A DNA stretch of 64,000 nucleotides from Anaerolineae bacterium (GCA_038214535.1 JBBQRS010000008.1:1272-65271), one strand, 5' to 3'. Positions 1-9,172 are shown, numbered from the stretch's first letter. Notes: a model not told the origin generated them from the letters alone. Numbers and translations: made by a program.

Positions 1-2
1 GC

Positions 3-110
3 GGCGCGTGGAAGGGGTTCTTCCACCTGCCGCGCGCGCTGCTCTATTCGGTGCAGTTGCTGGCGGGGAAAGCGACGGCCGCGGCGCGCGAAGATCTGGC
101 GGAGGAGTAG
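3..110 (+). CDS. 3' end of a CDS entering from upstream of the window (product unknown)
   Basis: Too short for the ORF track. The frame starting at nt 3 reads GAWKGFFHLPRALLYSVQLLAGKATAAAREDLAEE, stop TAG 108-110. A hairpin element follows. Confidence 0.3.
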   Translation, partial: GAWKGFFHLPRALLYSVQLLAGKATAAAREDLAEE

Positions 111-128
111 CGCTATATGGTTATACTC

Positions 129-198
129 GGAGTTGAGGCTTTAGCCGGTTTGATGCATCACTTGCTGTGTTGCAAAGACCGGCTGAAGCCTCAATTCC
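129..198. repeat. Hairpin element, family A (GAGGCTTTAGCCGG / GACGGCTTTAGCCGTT type)
   Basis: ggagttgaggctttagccggt (129-149) pairs with accggctgaagcctcaattcc (178-198). Relatives at 13518-13571, 26296-26364 and 35598-35659. Confidence 0.8.
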
Positions 199-231
199 GG
201 TACATTATCCTGCGGGCGGAGTACGTTTGAC

Positions 232-1170
232 GTGATATTGCCTGCGTTGGCGAACGAAGATGCATATGCCGCGGTTTATCGCGACGCCGAGCTCTGGTTA
301 CCGGCGCTGCGCGTGATCTGCGCGCGACACGGGCTGGACGCGGGGGCGCTGGAGATCGCGCCGCCGGGGTCGCACATCGTGTTTTGGGCCGGGCCCAGGC
401 GGCTGATCAAGTTGTTCTCGCGGTTCTGGCCCGACGACGCCGTGGCCGAGCAGACCGCGCTGGGCGCGCTGACGGCGCATCCGGGCATTCCTGTCCCGCA
501 AGTCGTCGGCGGGGGCGAGCTGGAGGGCTGGCCGTATCTGGTGTTGGAGCCGCTGCCGGGCATCCCGCTGAACCAGGCCTGGGAGCAGGTGACGCCGCGC
601 GACCGGGCGGCGGTCTGCGAGACGCTGGGCGGGGTGATGGCCGCGCTGCACGCTGTGCCCACGACCAGGCTGGACGCGATTGCGGTGGACTGGCCCGCAT
701 GGCTGGCCGAGCGGCGCGCGGGGTTTGCGGCCGCGCAGACCGCGCGCGGCGCAGCGCCGGAGTGGATCGCAGCGGCGCTGGATTTTCTTGCGGAGATGTG
801 GCCGGAGATCACGACGGGCGCGCCGGTGCTGTTGAACGCCGATATCACCGACGAGCACGTGTTGCTGGCGCGTGAAGGGGATCGCTGGCGCATGACCGGG
901 TTGATTGATTTCGGCGACGCGATGCTGGGCGACGCGCTCTATGAGTTCGCCGCGCCGGTGACCTTCATCGCCGGGCGGGACGCGGGCCTGCGGCGGGCGC
1001 TCTATCGCGGTTATGGTTGGCCCGACGCCGCGCCGGACGAGGCGCTGTCGCGGCACTTGCTGGCGATGGCGCTGCTGCACCAGTTCGCGGATTTGCCGCT
1101 CTACATCCGCACGGCGGGCGAACCGACCCCGCGCGACCTGGCGGCCCTGCAAGCAGCGTTGTGGGTGTAA
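232..1170 (+). CDS. Aminoglycoside/choline-kinase-like phosphotransferase (APH family)
   Basis: 312-aa ORF with GTG start. LLNADITDEHVLL...GLIDFGDAMLGD resembles the APH catalytic loop and DFG-like motif. Stop overlaps the next start (TAATG). Confidence 0.7.
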   Translation: MILPALANEDAYAAVYRDAELWLPALRVICARHGLDAGALEIAPPGSHIVFWAGPRRLIKLFSRFWPDDAVAEQTALGALTAHPGIPVPQVVGGGELEGWPYLVLEPLPGIPLNQAWEQVTPRDRAAVCETLGGVMAALHAVPTTRLDAIAVDWPAWLAERRAGFAAAQTARGAAPEWIAAALDFLAEMWPEITTGAPVLLNADITDEHVLLAREGDRWRMTGLIDFGDAMLGDALYEFAAPVTFIAGRDAGLRRALYRGYGWPDAAPDEALSRHLLAMALLHQFADLPLYIRTAGEPTPRDLAALQAALWV

Positions 1171-2465
1171 TGGCGGCATGGCGCGCCCGCCTGTCCGCGT
1201 TGGCTCCCCGGCGCGGCGACCTGTGGCGCAACGCGGATTTCATGCGCCTGTGGGGCGCGCAGACCATCTCGGCGCTGGGCAGCCACGTCAGCGGGCTGGC
1301 CTTGCCGCTGACGGCGGCGCTCACGCTGCGCGCCACGCCCTTCGAGATGGGCTTGCTGGCCGCGGCGAGCAAGCTGCCCGCCGTGCTGCTGGGGTTGCAG
1401 GCCGGCGTCCTGGCCGATCGTCGTCGCCGTCGTCCGTTGATGGTTGCCGCCGACCTGGGCCGCATGGCGCTGCTGGGGCTGATCCCGCTGGCGGTCGTGC
1501 TGGGGACGTTGAACATCTGGCTGTTGGTCGGGGTCGCGTTCCTGGCAGGCATCCTGACGATGATGTTCGAGGTGGCGCAGCCGGCCTACCTGCCGACGCT
1601 GCTCAACCGGGGGCAGTTGGTGGAGGGCAACGCAAAGCTGCAAATGAGCAGCTCCCTGGCGATGATCGCCGGGCCGGGGCTGGGCGGGGTGTTGGTGCAG
1701 GCGCTCACCGCGCCGGTGGCCATCCTCGCCGACGCCGTGTCGTTCGGCGGGTCGGCGTTGCTGTTAGGGCGCATCCGCCAGCTGGAGCCTGTGCCTGCGC
1801 CGTCCGCGGACGGCGCAACCAGCGTGCGGCAGGACGCGGCGGCGGGGCTGCGGCTGGTCCGTAATAACCCGATCCTGCGCGCGATCACGGCGAGCCTGGC
1901 GACCTTTTTCCTCTTCACGGCGGTGCTGGAGGCGGTTTTCCTGCTCTATTTCACCCGCGAATTGGGTGTCAGTCCGGGTATCCTGGGGTTGGGACTGGGC
2001 GTGGGCAGCGCGGGATTCCTGTTGGGGGCGCTGCTGTTGCCGCGGGCCACGCGGCGCTTTGGGCTCGGCGGCGCGATGATCCGCGGGCTGGTGATGACCG
2101 GCATCGCCGACATGATCTTCCCGCTGATCGGCCCGGGGATGTCGCCCACGCTGATTGCAGGTCTGTTGTTCGTGGATCAGTTCATTTTCGGCGTGGGCAT
2201 GGCCGTTTTCAACATCAATCAGGTGAGCTTGCGGCAGGCCGTGACGCCGCTGGAATATCAGGGACGCATGAATTCGGTGGTGACGTTCGCGACGGCATGT
2301 GGCGGGCCGGTGGGCGCGTTGTTGGGCGGGGCATTGGGCGCGACGGTGGGGCTGCGCATGGCCCTCGTCGTGGGGGCGCTGGGCGAAGCGGCGGCGGTGC
2401 TCTGGTTCATCTGGTCGCCGATCCCCGCGATCCGCGATACGCAAGAGGTTGCCGTTATGGACTGA
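1170..2465 (+). CDS. MFS transporter
   Basis: ATG at 1170 overlaps the upstream stop. Starts MAAWRARLSALAPRRGDLWRNADFMRLWGAQTISALGSHVSG, followed by about 12 hydrophobic segments. The 1017 start in the track is an out-of-gene extension. Confidence 0.8.
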   Translation: MAAWRARLSALAPRRGDLWRNADFMRLWGAQTISALGSHVSGLALPLTAALTLRATPFEMGLLAAASKLPAVLLGLQAGVLADRRRRRPLMVAADLGRMALLGLIPLAVVLGTLNIWLLVGVAFLAGILTMMFEVAQPAYLPTLLNRGQLVEGNAKLQMSSSLAMIAGPGLGGVLVQALTAPVAILADAVSFGGSALLLGRIRQLEPVPAPSADGATSVRQDAAAGLRLVRNNPILRAITASLATFFLFTAVLEAVFLLYFTRELGVSPGILGLGLGVGSAGFLLGALLLPRATRRFGLGGAMIRGLVMTGIADMIFPLIGPGMSPTLIAGLLFVDQFIFGVGMAVFNINQVSLRQAVTPLEYQGRMNSVVTFATACGGPVGALLGGALGATVGLRMALVVGALGEAAAVLWFIWSPIPAIRDTQEVAVMD

Positions 2466-2517
2466 CCTATCCATCCACATTTCCCGCGGAGTGCGCATCC
2501 TCAGATGCGTCTTTGCC

Positions 2518-2574
2518 GACAGGATTTACAGGATTTACAGGACCAGAAACCCCGCGAATCCTGTAAATCCTGTC
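2518..2574. repeat. Word palindrome (ACAGGATTT words)
   Basis: gacaggatttacaggatttacagga (2518-2542) is complementary to atcctgtaaatcctgtc (2558-2574). Confidence 0.85.
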
Positions 2575-2626
2575 TGTTCCGCGAGAGGCGCGGATTGGAA
2601 GAAGGCCGATGAAGGAGGGGAGAGCA

Positions 2627-4177
2627 ATGAAACGACCGAACCTCATACTTATCATGACCGATACGCAGGCGACGAACGTCGTGGGGTGTTATGGGCGGCC
2701 CGAATTGCGCACGCCGAACATTGACCGGCTGGCCGAGACGGGGACGCGTTTCGAGCGTGCGTATACGACCTGCCCTGTTTGCACGCCGGCCCGCGCCGGG
2801 CTGTTCACGGGCATCTATCCGCATACCTCCGGCGCGTGGACCAACAATCTGCCGTTGGGGACAAACATCCACACGATGGGCGAGTTGTTCCAGGACGGCG
2901 GCTATCACACGGGCTACGTGGGCAAGTGGCATCTGGATGGGCACGACTACTTCGGCACGGGGATTTGCCCGCCCGGCTGGGACCCGGCCTACTGGTACGA
3001 CGGGCGCAACTATCTGGATGAGCTGACGGAGGATGAGATTCGCCTGTGGCGCAACGGGCTGCGCACCTACGACGATCTGGTTGCGCACGACATTCAGCCG
3101 GAGTTCACCTGGGCGCACCGCGTCTCCGACCGCGCCGTGCGCTTCCTCGAGACGCGGGACGAAGGCCCGTTCCTGCTGGTGGTCTCCTACGATGAGCCGC
3201 ACCATCCCTTCGTCTGCCCGCCGGTGTATGTTGCGCCATTTTTAGAGTATGATTATCCGCTTGGCCCTGCCGCGTTCGATACGCTGGAGGAGAAGCCGGA
3301 GCACCAGCGCGAATGGGCCGGGACAACGAACATCACACCCAACGCAAACGGCACGGTGCGTTCGCCGATGTATCTGGGATGCAACAGCTTCGTGGACGCT
3401 GAGATCGGCCGGGTGATTGACGCCGCGCACGCCCTATCGCCCAACGACACCTATATCATTTTTACCTCCGATCACGGCGAGATGCTGGGCGCGCACCGGC
3501 TGACGGGGAAGGGCGCGGCGATGTACGACGAGATCACGCGTATCCCGCTGATCATCGAGCAGCCCCGCGGTGCCGGCGCGGGTAGCGTCATCCCGGAGCC
3601 GGCCAGCCACATTGACCTGCTGCCGACCTTCCTGGCGTGGGCCAGGCTGCCCGTCCCGCCGATCCTGGAAGGTGAGAGCGTTGCGCCGCTGCTGGGCGGC
3701 GCGGAAGCGCCGGAGCGTTGCGCCTTCATCGAGTTCAACCGGTATGAGATCGAGCATGACTCGTTCGGCGGGTTTCAGCCGGTGCGCTGTATCGTGGATG
3801 GGCGCTATAAGCTCACGATCAACCTGATGACCAGCGATGAACTGTACGACCTGGAGACGGACCCGGCGGAGGTCATCAACCTGATCGAGGCCCCGGCGTA
3901 TGCGGAAATCCGCGACGGCCTGCACGGCCGGTTGCTGGCGTGGATGTATGCGCAGCGCGACCCGTTCCGCGGGTATTACTGGGAACGGCGGCCCTGGCGC
4001 GATGAGCAGCGGCTGGCGTGGAAGGGATTGTTCCGGCCCCGGCCCGCTGATGGTTATGCGCCGCCGGTGCGCGACTATGACACCGGGCTGCCCACGCAGG
4101 GCGTCAAGGTGGAACACGGCGCGACCGGGCATCAGAAACGCCAGAAACCCGGTTTCTCCGAGAAACCGGGTTTCTAA
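2627..4177 (+). CDS. Cys-type sulfatase (arylsulfatase family)
   Basis: AGGAGG RBS before ATG 2627. N-terminus NLILIMTDTQ plus C-x-P-x-R signature CTPARAGLFTG. The last 10 codons lie in a family C hairpin. Confidence 0.9.
   Translation: MKRPNLILIMTDTQATNVVGCYGRPELRTPNIDRLAETGTRFERAYTTCPVCTPARAGLFTGIYPHTSGAWTNNLPLGTNIHTMGELFQDGGYHTGYVGKWHLDGHDYFGTGICPPGWDPAYWYDGRNYLDELTEDEIRLWRNGLRTYDDLVAHDIQPEFTWAHRVSDRAVRFLETRDEGPFLLVVSYDEPHHPFVCPPVYVAPFLEYDYPLGPAAFDTLEEKPEHQREWAGTTNITPNANGTVRSPMYLGCNSFVDAEIGRVIDAAHALSPNDTYIIFTSDHGEMLGAHRLTGKGAAMYDEITRIPLIIEQPRGAGAGSVIPEPASHIDLLPTFLAWARLPVPPILEGESVAPLLGGAEAPERCAFIEFNRYEIEHDSFGGFQPVRCIVDGRYKLTINLMTSDELYDLETDPAEVINLIEAPAYAEIRDGLHGRLLAWMYAQRDPFRGYYWERRPWRDEQRLAWKGLFRPRPADGYAPPVRDYDTGLPTQGVKVEHGATGHQKRQKPGFSEKPGF
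4143..4175. repeat. Hairpin element, family C (AGAAACCCGGTTTC...GAAACCGGGTTTCT)
   Basis: Near-perfect palindrome agaaacccggtttctccgagaaaccgggtttct. It overlaps the sulfatase C-terminus, and the TAA stop is at 4175-4177. Confidence 0.85.
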
Positions 4178-4186
4178 AGGAGTCCC

Positions 4187-5656
4187 ATGGACGAACGACC
4201 ACTGGTGCTATTGACCGGGGCGACGGGGTATATCGGGGGGCGGCTGGCCCCGCGGCTGCTCGATGCGGGCTATCGGGTGCGCTGCCTGGTGCGCGACCCG
4301 GCGCGATTGCAAGGTCGCGAGTGGGTCGAGCGCGTGGAGCTGGTGACGGGCGACGTGCTGGAGCCGGAGACGCTGCCCGCGGCGATGGCGGGCGTGTCGG
4401 CGGCGTACTATCTGATTCACAGCATGGCCGGCGGCGAGGATTTCAGCGGCCGCGACGTGCGGGCGGCGCGTAACTTCAGCCGCGCCGCCGCGAGCGCCGG
4501 GGTGGAGCGCATCATCTACCTGGGCGGGTTGGGCGATTCCGACGCGGAGCTGTCGCACCATCTTCGCTCGCGGCAGGAGACGGGCGACGCGCTGCGCGAG
4601 GCAGGCGTACCGGTTACGGAGTTCCGGGCGAGCGTGATCGTGGGTTCGGGCAGCCTGTCGTTCGAGATGATCCGCTATCTGACCGAGCGGCTGCCGGTGA
4701 TGATCTGCCCGAAGTGGGTCTATACGCACACCCAGCCGATCGGCGTGCGCAACGTCATGGAGTACCTGATCGCCGCGCTGAAAACCCCGGAGAGTGTGGG
4801 CCGGATCATCGAGATCGGCGGGGCGGACGTGGTGACCTACGGCGAGATGATGGAGACCTACGCGGAGGTGCGCGGGCTGCGCCGCGCCATGATTCCCGTG
4901 CCGGTGCTGACGCCGCGGCTGTCGTCCTACTGGGTACATCTGGTGACGCCTGCGCCCGCGGCGATTGCGCGACCGCTGATCGAGGGGCTGAAGAACGAAG
5001 TGGTGGTGCAGGACGATACGGCCCGGCGGCTCTTTCCCGACATCATCCCGATGGATTATCGCACAACCGTGGTGCTGGCATTGGCCCGCGTGGGTGCGCA
5101 CACGGTGGAAACCGCGTGGAGCGATGCGCTGGTGTCGAGCCAGGGCGACGTGCCGCCGGTGACGATGACCACCGAAGAGGGCATGGTGAGCGAGCAGCGC
5201 CAGCTTGTCGTTGCGGCCTCGCCCGAGGCCGCGTATGATGCGTTTGCCGGGCTGGGCGGCGAGCGCGGCTGGCTCTACATGAACTGGGCGTGGCGGGTGC
5301 GCGGCGCGATGGACCGGTTGATCGGCGGCGTGGGGTTGCGGCGCGGCCGGCGCGACCCCGATCACATCCGCGTGGGCGACGCGCTGGACTTCTGGCGCGT
5401 GGAGGCGGCCGAGCCGGGTCGGTTGATGCGCCTGCGCGCCGAGATGAAGGTGCCGGGCAAGGCGTGGCTCGAGTTTCAAGCGTTGCCGCACGCGGGGGGT
5501 CAGACGCTGATCATCCAGACGGCGTTCTTCGAGCCGAAGGGCCTGTCGGGGTTCTTGTACTGGTACGTGCTTTATCCGTTTCACGCGTTCATCTTCAGCG
5601 GGATGATCCGCAAGGTCGCGCAGCGCGCGGAATCGGCCACGAATTTCACGAATTGA
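4187..5656 (+). CDS. NAD(P)-binding atypical SDR (NmrA-like) with a C-terminal DUF2867-like domain
   Basis: AAGGAG RBS. Rossmann motif LLTGATGYIGGRL. The C-terminal DFWRVE...RLRAEMKVPGKAWLEF matches DUF2867 as I recall it. Confidence 0.75.
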   Translation: MDERPLVLLTGATGYIGGRLAPRLLDAGYRVRCLVRDPARLQGREWVERVELVTGDVLEPETLPAAMAGVSAAYYLIHSMAGGEDFSGRDVRAARNFSRAAASAGVERIIYLGGLGDSDAELSHHLRSRQETGDALREAGVPVTEFRASVIVGSGSLSFEMIRYLTERLPVMICPKWVYTHTQPIGVRNVMEYLIAALKTPESVGRIIEIGGADVVTYGEMMETYAEVRGLRRAMIPVPVLTPRLSSYWVHLVTPAPAAIARPLIEGLKNEVVVQDDTARRLFPDIIPMDYRTTVVLALARVGAHTVETAWSDALVSSQGDVPPVTMTTEEGMVSEQRQLVVAASPEAAYDAFAGLGGERGWLYMNWAWRVRGAMDRLIGGVGLRRGRRDPDHIRVGDALDFWRVEAAEPGRLMRLRAEMKVPGKAWLEFQALPHAGGQTLIIQTAFFEPKGLSGFLYWYVLYPFHAFIFSGMIRKVAQRAESATNFTN

Positions 5657-5663
5657 CTACGAG

Positions 5664-5767
5664 GTAGGGGCAAGGCGTTCCATCAACATAGACGCATTAC
5701 GAACGATGTTGGAAAGAACACGATACATCGGTCGCGAACAAATCGCCGAGGAACGCCTTGCCCCTAC
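5664..5767. mobile_element. MITE-like element, copy 1 (18-bp terminal inverted repeats GTAGGGGCAAGGCGTTCC)
   Basis: TIRs at 5664-5681 and 5750-5767. The interior is about 80% identical to the reverse complement of the interior of 8574-8678. Confidence 0.7.
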
Positions 5768-5787
5768 TATGAATGAAAGGAATAACA

Positions 5788-6201
5788 ATGCACTTGACGA
5801 TTCATGACGAACCGGATGAAGCGGAATGGAAGGCGATTGACCGCGGGCTGGAGGCGCACAGCGTCCAGTTCGCGCCGCCATTTGAATGGCGAAAATTGGC
5901 GATCTTTCTGCGCGACGAGGAGGGCGGCTTGCTGGGCGGGCTGTTGGGCGCGACCTATTGGGGCTGGCTGTACGTCGAGACCCTCTACGTCGCAGATGAG
6001 TTGCGCGGGCAGGATTGGGGGACCAAGCTGCTGGCGGAGGGCGAGGCGGAGGCGCTGCGCCGCGGCTGTCGCGCCGTGCATCTGGACACGATGTCCTATC
6101 AGGCGCTGCCCTTCTACGAAAAGTTCGGCTACACGGTGTGGGGCACGCTGGAAAACTTCGTCGGGGGCCACGACCGCTATTTTCTGCAGAAACAGCTTTA
6201 G
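5788..6201 (+). CDS. GNAT family N-acetyltransferase
   Basis: 137-aa version from ATG 5788 (AAGGA RBS); the track start 5773 abuts the MITE. The YVADELRGQDWGTKLL...FYEKFGY pattern is GNAT-like. Confidence 0.75.
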   Translation: MHLTIHDEPDEAEWKAIDRGLEAHSVQFAPPFEWRKLAIFLRDEEGGLLGGLLGATYWGWLYVETLYVADELRGQDWGTKLLAEGEAEALRRGCRAVHLDTMSYQALPFYEKFGYTVWGTLENFVGGHDRYFLQKQL

Positions 6202-6323
6202 CCACGAATTGCACGAATTATCATGAATTTTGAGAAGCCTATTCCCTTAGGCCTCGGCTTTCTGGTTTCACTCTGGAAACCAGATCCCTCAAATGATTCG
6301 TGGCAATTCGTGCAATTCGTGGC
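6201..6323. repeat. Composite word palindrome (CACGAATT words) with an inner hairpin
   Basis: Arms gccacgaattgcacgaattatcat (6201-6224) and atgattcgtggcaattcgtgcaattcgtggc (6293-6323). Inner stem tctggttt/aaaccaga at 6261-6284. Lies between convergent genes. Confidence 0.85.
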
Positions 6324-6330
6324 TGATGGA

Positions 6331-7410
6331 TTAGCCCAGGTTCTCGTAGAGGACGAGGCCGTCTTTGCCGGGGGCCACGAGATCGAGGCGTCCGTTGCCG
6401 GTGAGATCGGCCAGGGCGAAGAGGATGCCGCAGCCCTTGCCGACGCCGGGCGGGCCGTAGACAATCACCTCTTTGCTGAACGATTCGCCGTTCCACTTGA
6501 AGTAGTAGATGCCCACGTCTTCGAACTCGCCGGGGTCGTTCCCGTTGTGAGCGCGATAACGCTGGCCGGTGATCAGCTCCGGCGCGCCGTCGCCGTCAAT
6601 GTCGGCCCATTGCAGGTCGTGATACTGTGACTTGTAGGGGTCAATGGGGTGGCGCAGCCAGGTGCGCGCGCCGTCCGCGCCGATGCGTTGTTCCCACCAG
6701 TCGAGCCCGAAGCGGTGCGCCTGACCGACGATCAGGTCGTTCAGCCCGTCGCCGTTCACGTCCACCACCAGCACCGGCACGCTGGCGTATTCCAGATCGA
6801 AATCCCCGTGGAAGACCCATTCGCCGCTCCACGGGTCGGCGGGCGCTTCCAGCCAGCCGTGCTTGAGCACGAAATCGCCGCGCCCGTCGCCGTTGATGTC
6901 GCCGAAGCCGACCCCGTGGTCCTGCTTCTCCGCGTAGATTGTATGCGCCTCGAAGCGGCCCGTGCCGCGGCGCTGCGCGTCGGTCACCAGCTTGTAGACC
7001 ACCAGCGGGCCGTTGGGCGTGTTCGGCACGATCTCGAGCTGGCCGTCGCCGTCCACGTCCCACAGGCGCACCGTCTCGATGTTGTCCATCTTGGCGATCT
7101 CATGTTCCGGCCACTGGGCGTTGGGGTCGCCGGGGTTCTCGCGCCAGTGCAGGGCGTCGCCGAACCAGCCGCCGGTGATGAAGTCGAGCCGCCCGTTCCC
7201 GTTGACATCCATCGGGAGGGTGGAGAAGTCGTCGTAGTATTCGCCATATTCAGGAATCTGGCCGATGAAATGGCGGTTGGCGATACTGGGCGTCTCGTAC
7301 CAGTACGCGCCGGAGACGATCTCTGGCTTGCCGTCGCCGTCCACGTCGAAGACGCCGGCGGATTCGTAACGTTCGAGGGCGATGAAGTGTTTGCGGAAGC
7401 GAATTGACAT
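6331..7410 (-). CDS. FG-GAP / VCBS repeat protein
   Basis: Seven D-x-[DN]-G-[DN]-G repeats (DVDGDGKPEIVSG, DVNGNGRLDFITGG, DVDGDGQLEIV, DINGDGRGDFV, DVNGDGLNDLIVG, DIDGDGAPELITG, DLTGNGRLDLVAPG). AAGGAG RBS. Confidence 0.85.
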   Translation of the reverse strand: MSIRFRKHFIALERYESAGVFDVDGDGKPEIVSGAYWYETPSIANRHFIGQIPEYGEYYDDFSTLPMDVNGNGRLDFITGGWFGDALHWRENPGDPNAQWPEHEIAKMDNIETVRLWDVDGDGQLEIVPNTPNGPLVVYKLVTDAQRRGTGRFEAHTIYAEKQDHGVGFGDINGDGRGDFVLKHGWLEAPADPWSGEWVFHGDFDLEYASVPVLVVDVNGDGLNDLIVGQAHRFGLDWWEQRIGADGARTWLRHPIDPYKSQYHDLQWADIDGDGAPELITGQRYRAHNGNDPGEFEDVGIYYFKWNGESFSKEVIVYGPPGVGKGCGILFALADLTGNGRLDLVAPGKDGLVLYENLG

Positions 7411-7495
7411 AAGCCGAATAACTCCTTTGTGGTGTTGTATGGTTCGTGGTGCGGACGGGAGTCCGCACCACGAGCAAGACGGTCTTACGAGCGCA

Positions 7496-8551
7496 CTATG
7501 AGCCGTGGATGAGCCGGATGTAGTCGCGGGCGATACGCAGGTCTTCCAGGGCCTCGGCAGCTTCGCAGGGTGGGCGCGCCTCGCCGCGAATTGCCGCGAG
7601 GAAGTTGCTCGCCTGCTGGCGCATGGCGTGAACCCACGGCAGTTGCGGGATGACCGTTTCGGGCGCGACGTCGCCGGGGTCGCGGAAGATCTCGACCCGG
7701 CCGGGACGGTTGCAGGCCAGCGGCGCGGGCAGCTCCAGCTTGATGTAGCCCCGCTCGAAGCAGATCAGCGCCGATTCCTGCCAGTCAATTGTCGTGCGGT
7801 AAGGCGACATCTCGATAGTGCACGCGACGCCGCTCTCGCTCTGCCCGGCCAGCAGCACGCCCGACGGGTCGGCGTAGGTCACGCGGTACGGCTCGCCCAG
7901 CAGATAGCGCATCAGATTGACCTGGTGGATATAGTAGTTCACGAAGGCGACGTATTGCTTGAAGGTTTCGGCGTCCATGTCGGGCGGGGCGGGATCGCGC
8001 GGCAGGTCGGGGTAGGGCGCGGGGTCGCGGATCAGGTCGTTGAAGCCGCCGGCGATCCAGTCGCCCGCGGGCATCAGGATGCGCACGTAGGTCATGTGAC
8101 CCAGCTCGCCGGTCTCCTTCAGGCGCGCGATCTCGGCGCGGGCGACAGTGGTGGCGGGGTCGCTGCGTTTGTGATAGCCCAGCATCCACCACGCGCCGCT
8201 TTCCGCGACGGCGGACACCAGCCGCTCGCCCACCGGCACGGACGCGGCCAGCGGCTTTTCCGTGAACACGGGCGTCCCGGCCTGCAACAGTTCGGGGATC
8301 AGCACGCCGTGACGGTCGAACGGCTGGGTGGCGACGATGCCGTCCAGCGTCTCCGCGGCGAGCATCTCGGCGTGAGAGGGGTAGACGCGCGGCACGCCGT
8401 AGCGCGCGGCGACCTGCTGGCCCAGCGCCGCGCGCACTTCGGCGATGGCGACAACCTCGCAGTCGGGCAGGGCGGCGTAATTCTTCAGGTGGGCGCACTG
8501 GCCCATGCTGCCCACACCGACGAAACCGATACGCACTTTGGACTCCGGCAT
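7496..8551 (-). CDS. Gfo/Idh/MocA family oxidoreductase
   Basis: Start trimmed to MPESKVRIGFVGVGSMGQ (ATG 8551, AAGGAG RBS). The track's longer start runs into the MITE-like element. Confidence 0.85.
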   Translation of the reverse strand: MPESKVRIGFVGVGSMGQCAHLKNYAALPDCEVVAIAEVRAALGQQVAARYGVPRVYPSHAEMLAAETLDGIVATQPFDRHGVLIPELLQAGTPVFTEKPLAASVPVGERLVSAVAESGAWWMLGYHKRSDPATTVARAEIARLKETGELGHMTYVRILMPAGDWIAGGFNDLIRDPAPYPDLPRDPAPPDMDAETFKQYVAFVNYYIHQVNLMRYLLGEPYRVTYADPSGVLLAGQSESGVACTIEMSPYRTTIDWQESALICFERGYIKLELPAPLACNRPGRVEIFRDPGDVAPETVIPQLPWVHAMRQQASNFLAAIRGEARPPCEAAEALEDLRIARDYIRLIHGS

Positions 8552-8573
8552 ATGGCGCTCCTTTGCGATGAGT

Positions 8574-8678
8574 GTAGGGGCAAGGCGTTCCCCGGTGATA
8601 TGTTGCGCGACCGATGTAGCGCTTTCTTTCCAACATCGCTTGTTAAGCACGCAATTGGGAGGAACGCCTTGCCCCTAC
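8574..8678. mobile_element. MITE-like element, copy 2 (same TIRs, opposite interior orientation)
   Basis: TIRs at 8574-8591 and 8661-8678 are identical to those of copy 1. Sits 22 nt upstream of the oxidoreductase start codon. Confidence 0.7.
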
Positions 8679-8747
8679 GGCTACGATTTGTGATAAGGAT
8701 AACGGGAAGATCGGGGAAGGGCAAGTTGCGCCGCGCGGATTTTTTGC

Positions 8748-8874
8748 TCACGCGGAGGCGCGGAGACGCGGAGGATTCTTTGATTTTCGGAGAGCCTGAG
8801 TCGAGGTAAGCAGGCCAATCGCACGGCGCGCGATGATTGGCTTAATTCTTCCGCGTCTCCGCGTCTCCGCGTGA
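8748..8874. repeat. Composite word palindrome (GCGGAGACGCGGAG words) with an inner hairpin
   Basis: Arms tcacgcggaggcgcggagacgcggaggattctt and aattcttccgcgtctccgcgtctccgcgtga. Inner stem gccaatc/gattggc (8814-8841). Confidence 0.85.
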
Positions 8875-8927
8875 TTGGTGTATAATGCCGCTGAAGAACA
8901 GACAACTTTCAGAGGAGCGGAGACGCG

Positions 8928-9164
8928 ATGATTAACATCTATGACGAGAGCAACGACCAGTTATTGGGGACGATCACCGAGTCGCAACTGGTCTTCCTGA
9001 CCGGGGAGATGGAGGAGGAATCCACCACCGACCGCGACTATTACGTCAATGTTGCGACGGTGGACATGATGGAAGCGGAGGGGGGCGACAAGGAGTTGAT
9101 CGCCCTCCTGCGCAAAGCGCTGGGCAAGCGTGAGGACATGGACATCCGCTGGGAGCCGGCATAG
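8928..9164 (+). CDS. Small acidic hypothetical protein (78 aa)
   Basis: ORF with GGAG RBS and a TATAAT box at 8881-8886. No motif recognised. Confidence 0.6.
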   Translation: MINIYDESNDQLLGTITESQLVFLTGEMEEESTTDRDYYVNVATVDMMEAEGGDKELIALLRKALGKREDMDIRWEPA

Positions 9165-9172
9165 CCGGAACC

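Noticed and set aside
276-1179. Long antisense or overlapping ORFs opposite the APH gene (276-893, 298-1179, 384-875, 407-700)
   Set aside because: Arg/Pro/Ala-rich translations typical of shadow ORFs in high-GC DNA. The sense ORF has recognisable motifs. The same reasoning applies to 1101-1643, 1764-2498, 2501-3205, 3434-4132 and 4208-5584.
2466-2724. Small ORFs (2297-2566, 2299-2724, 2467-2655) spanning the MFS-sulfatase gap. Similar small ORFs cross repeats elsewhere (6198-6464, 12087-12516, 24068-24574).
   Set aside because: They are translations of the palindromic word elements (for example FTGFTG, QDLQDLQD) and overlap well-supported genes.
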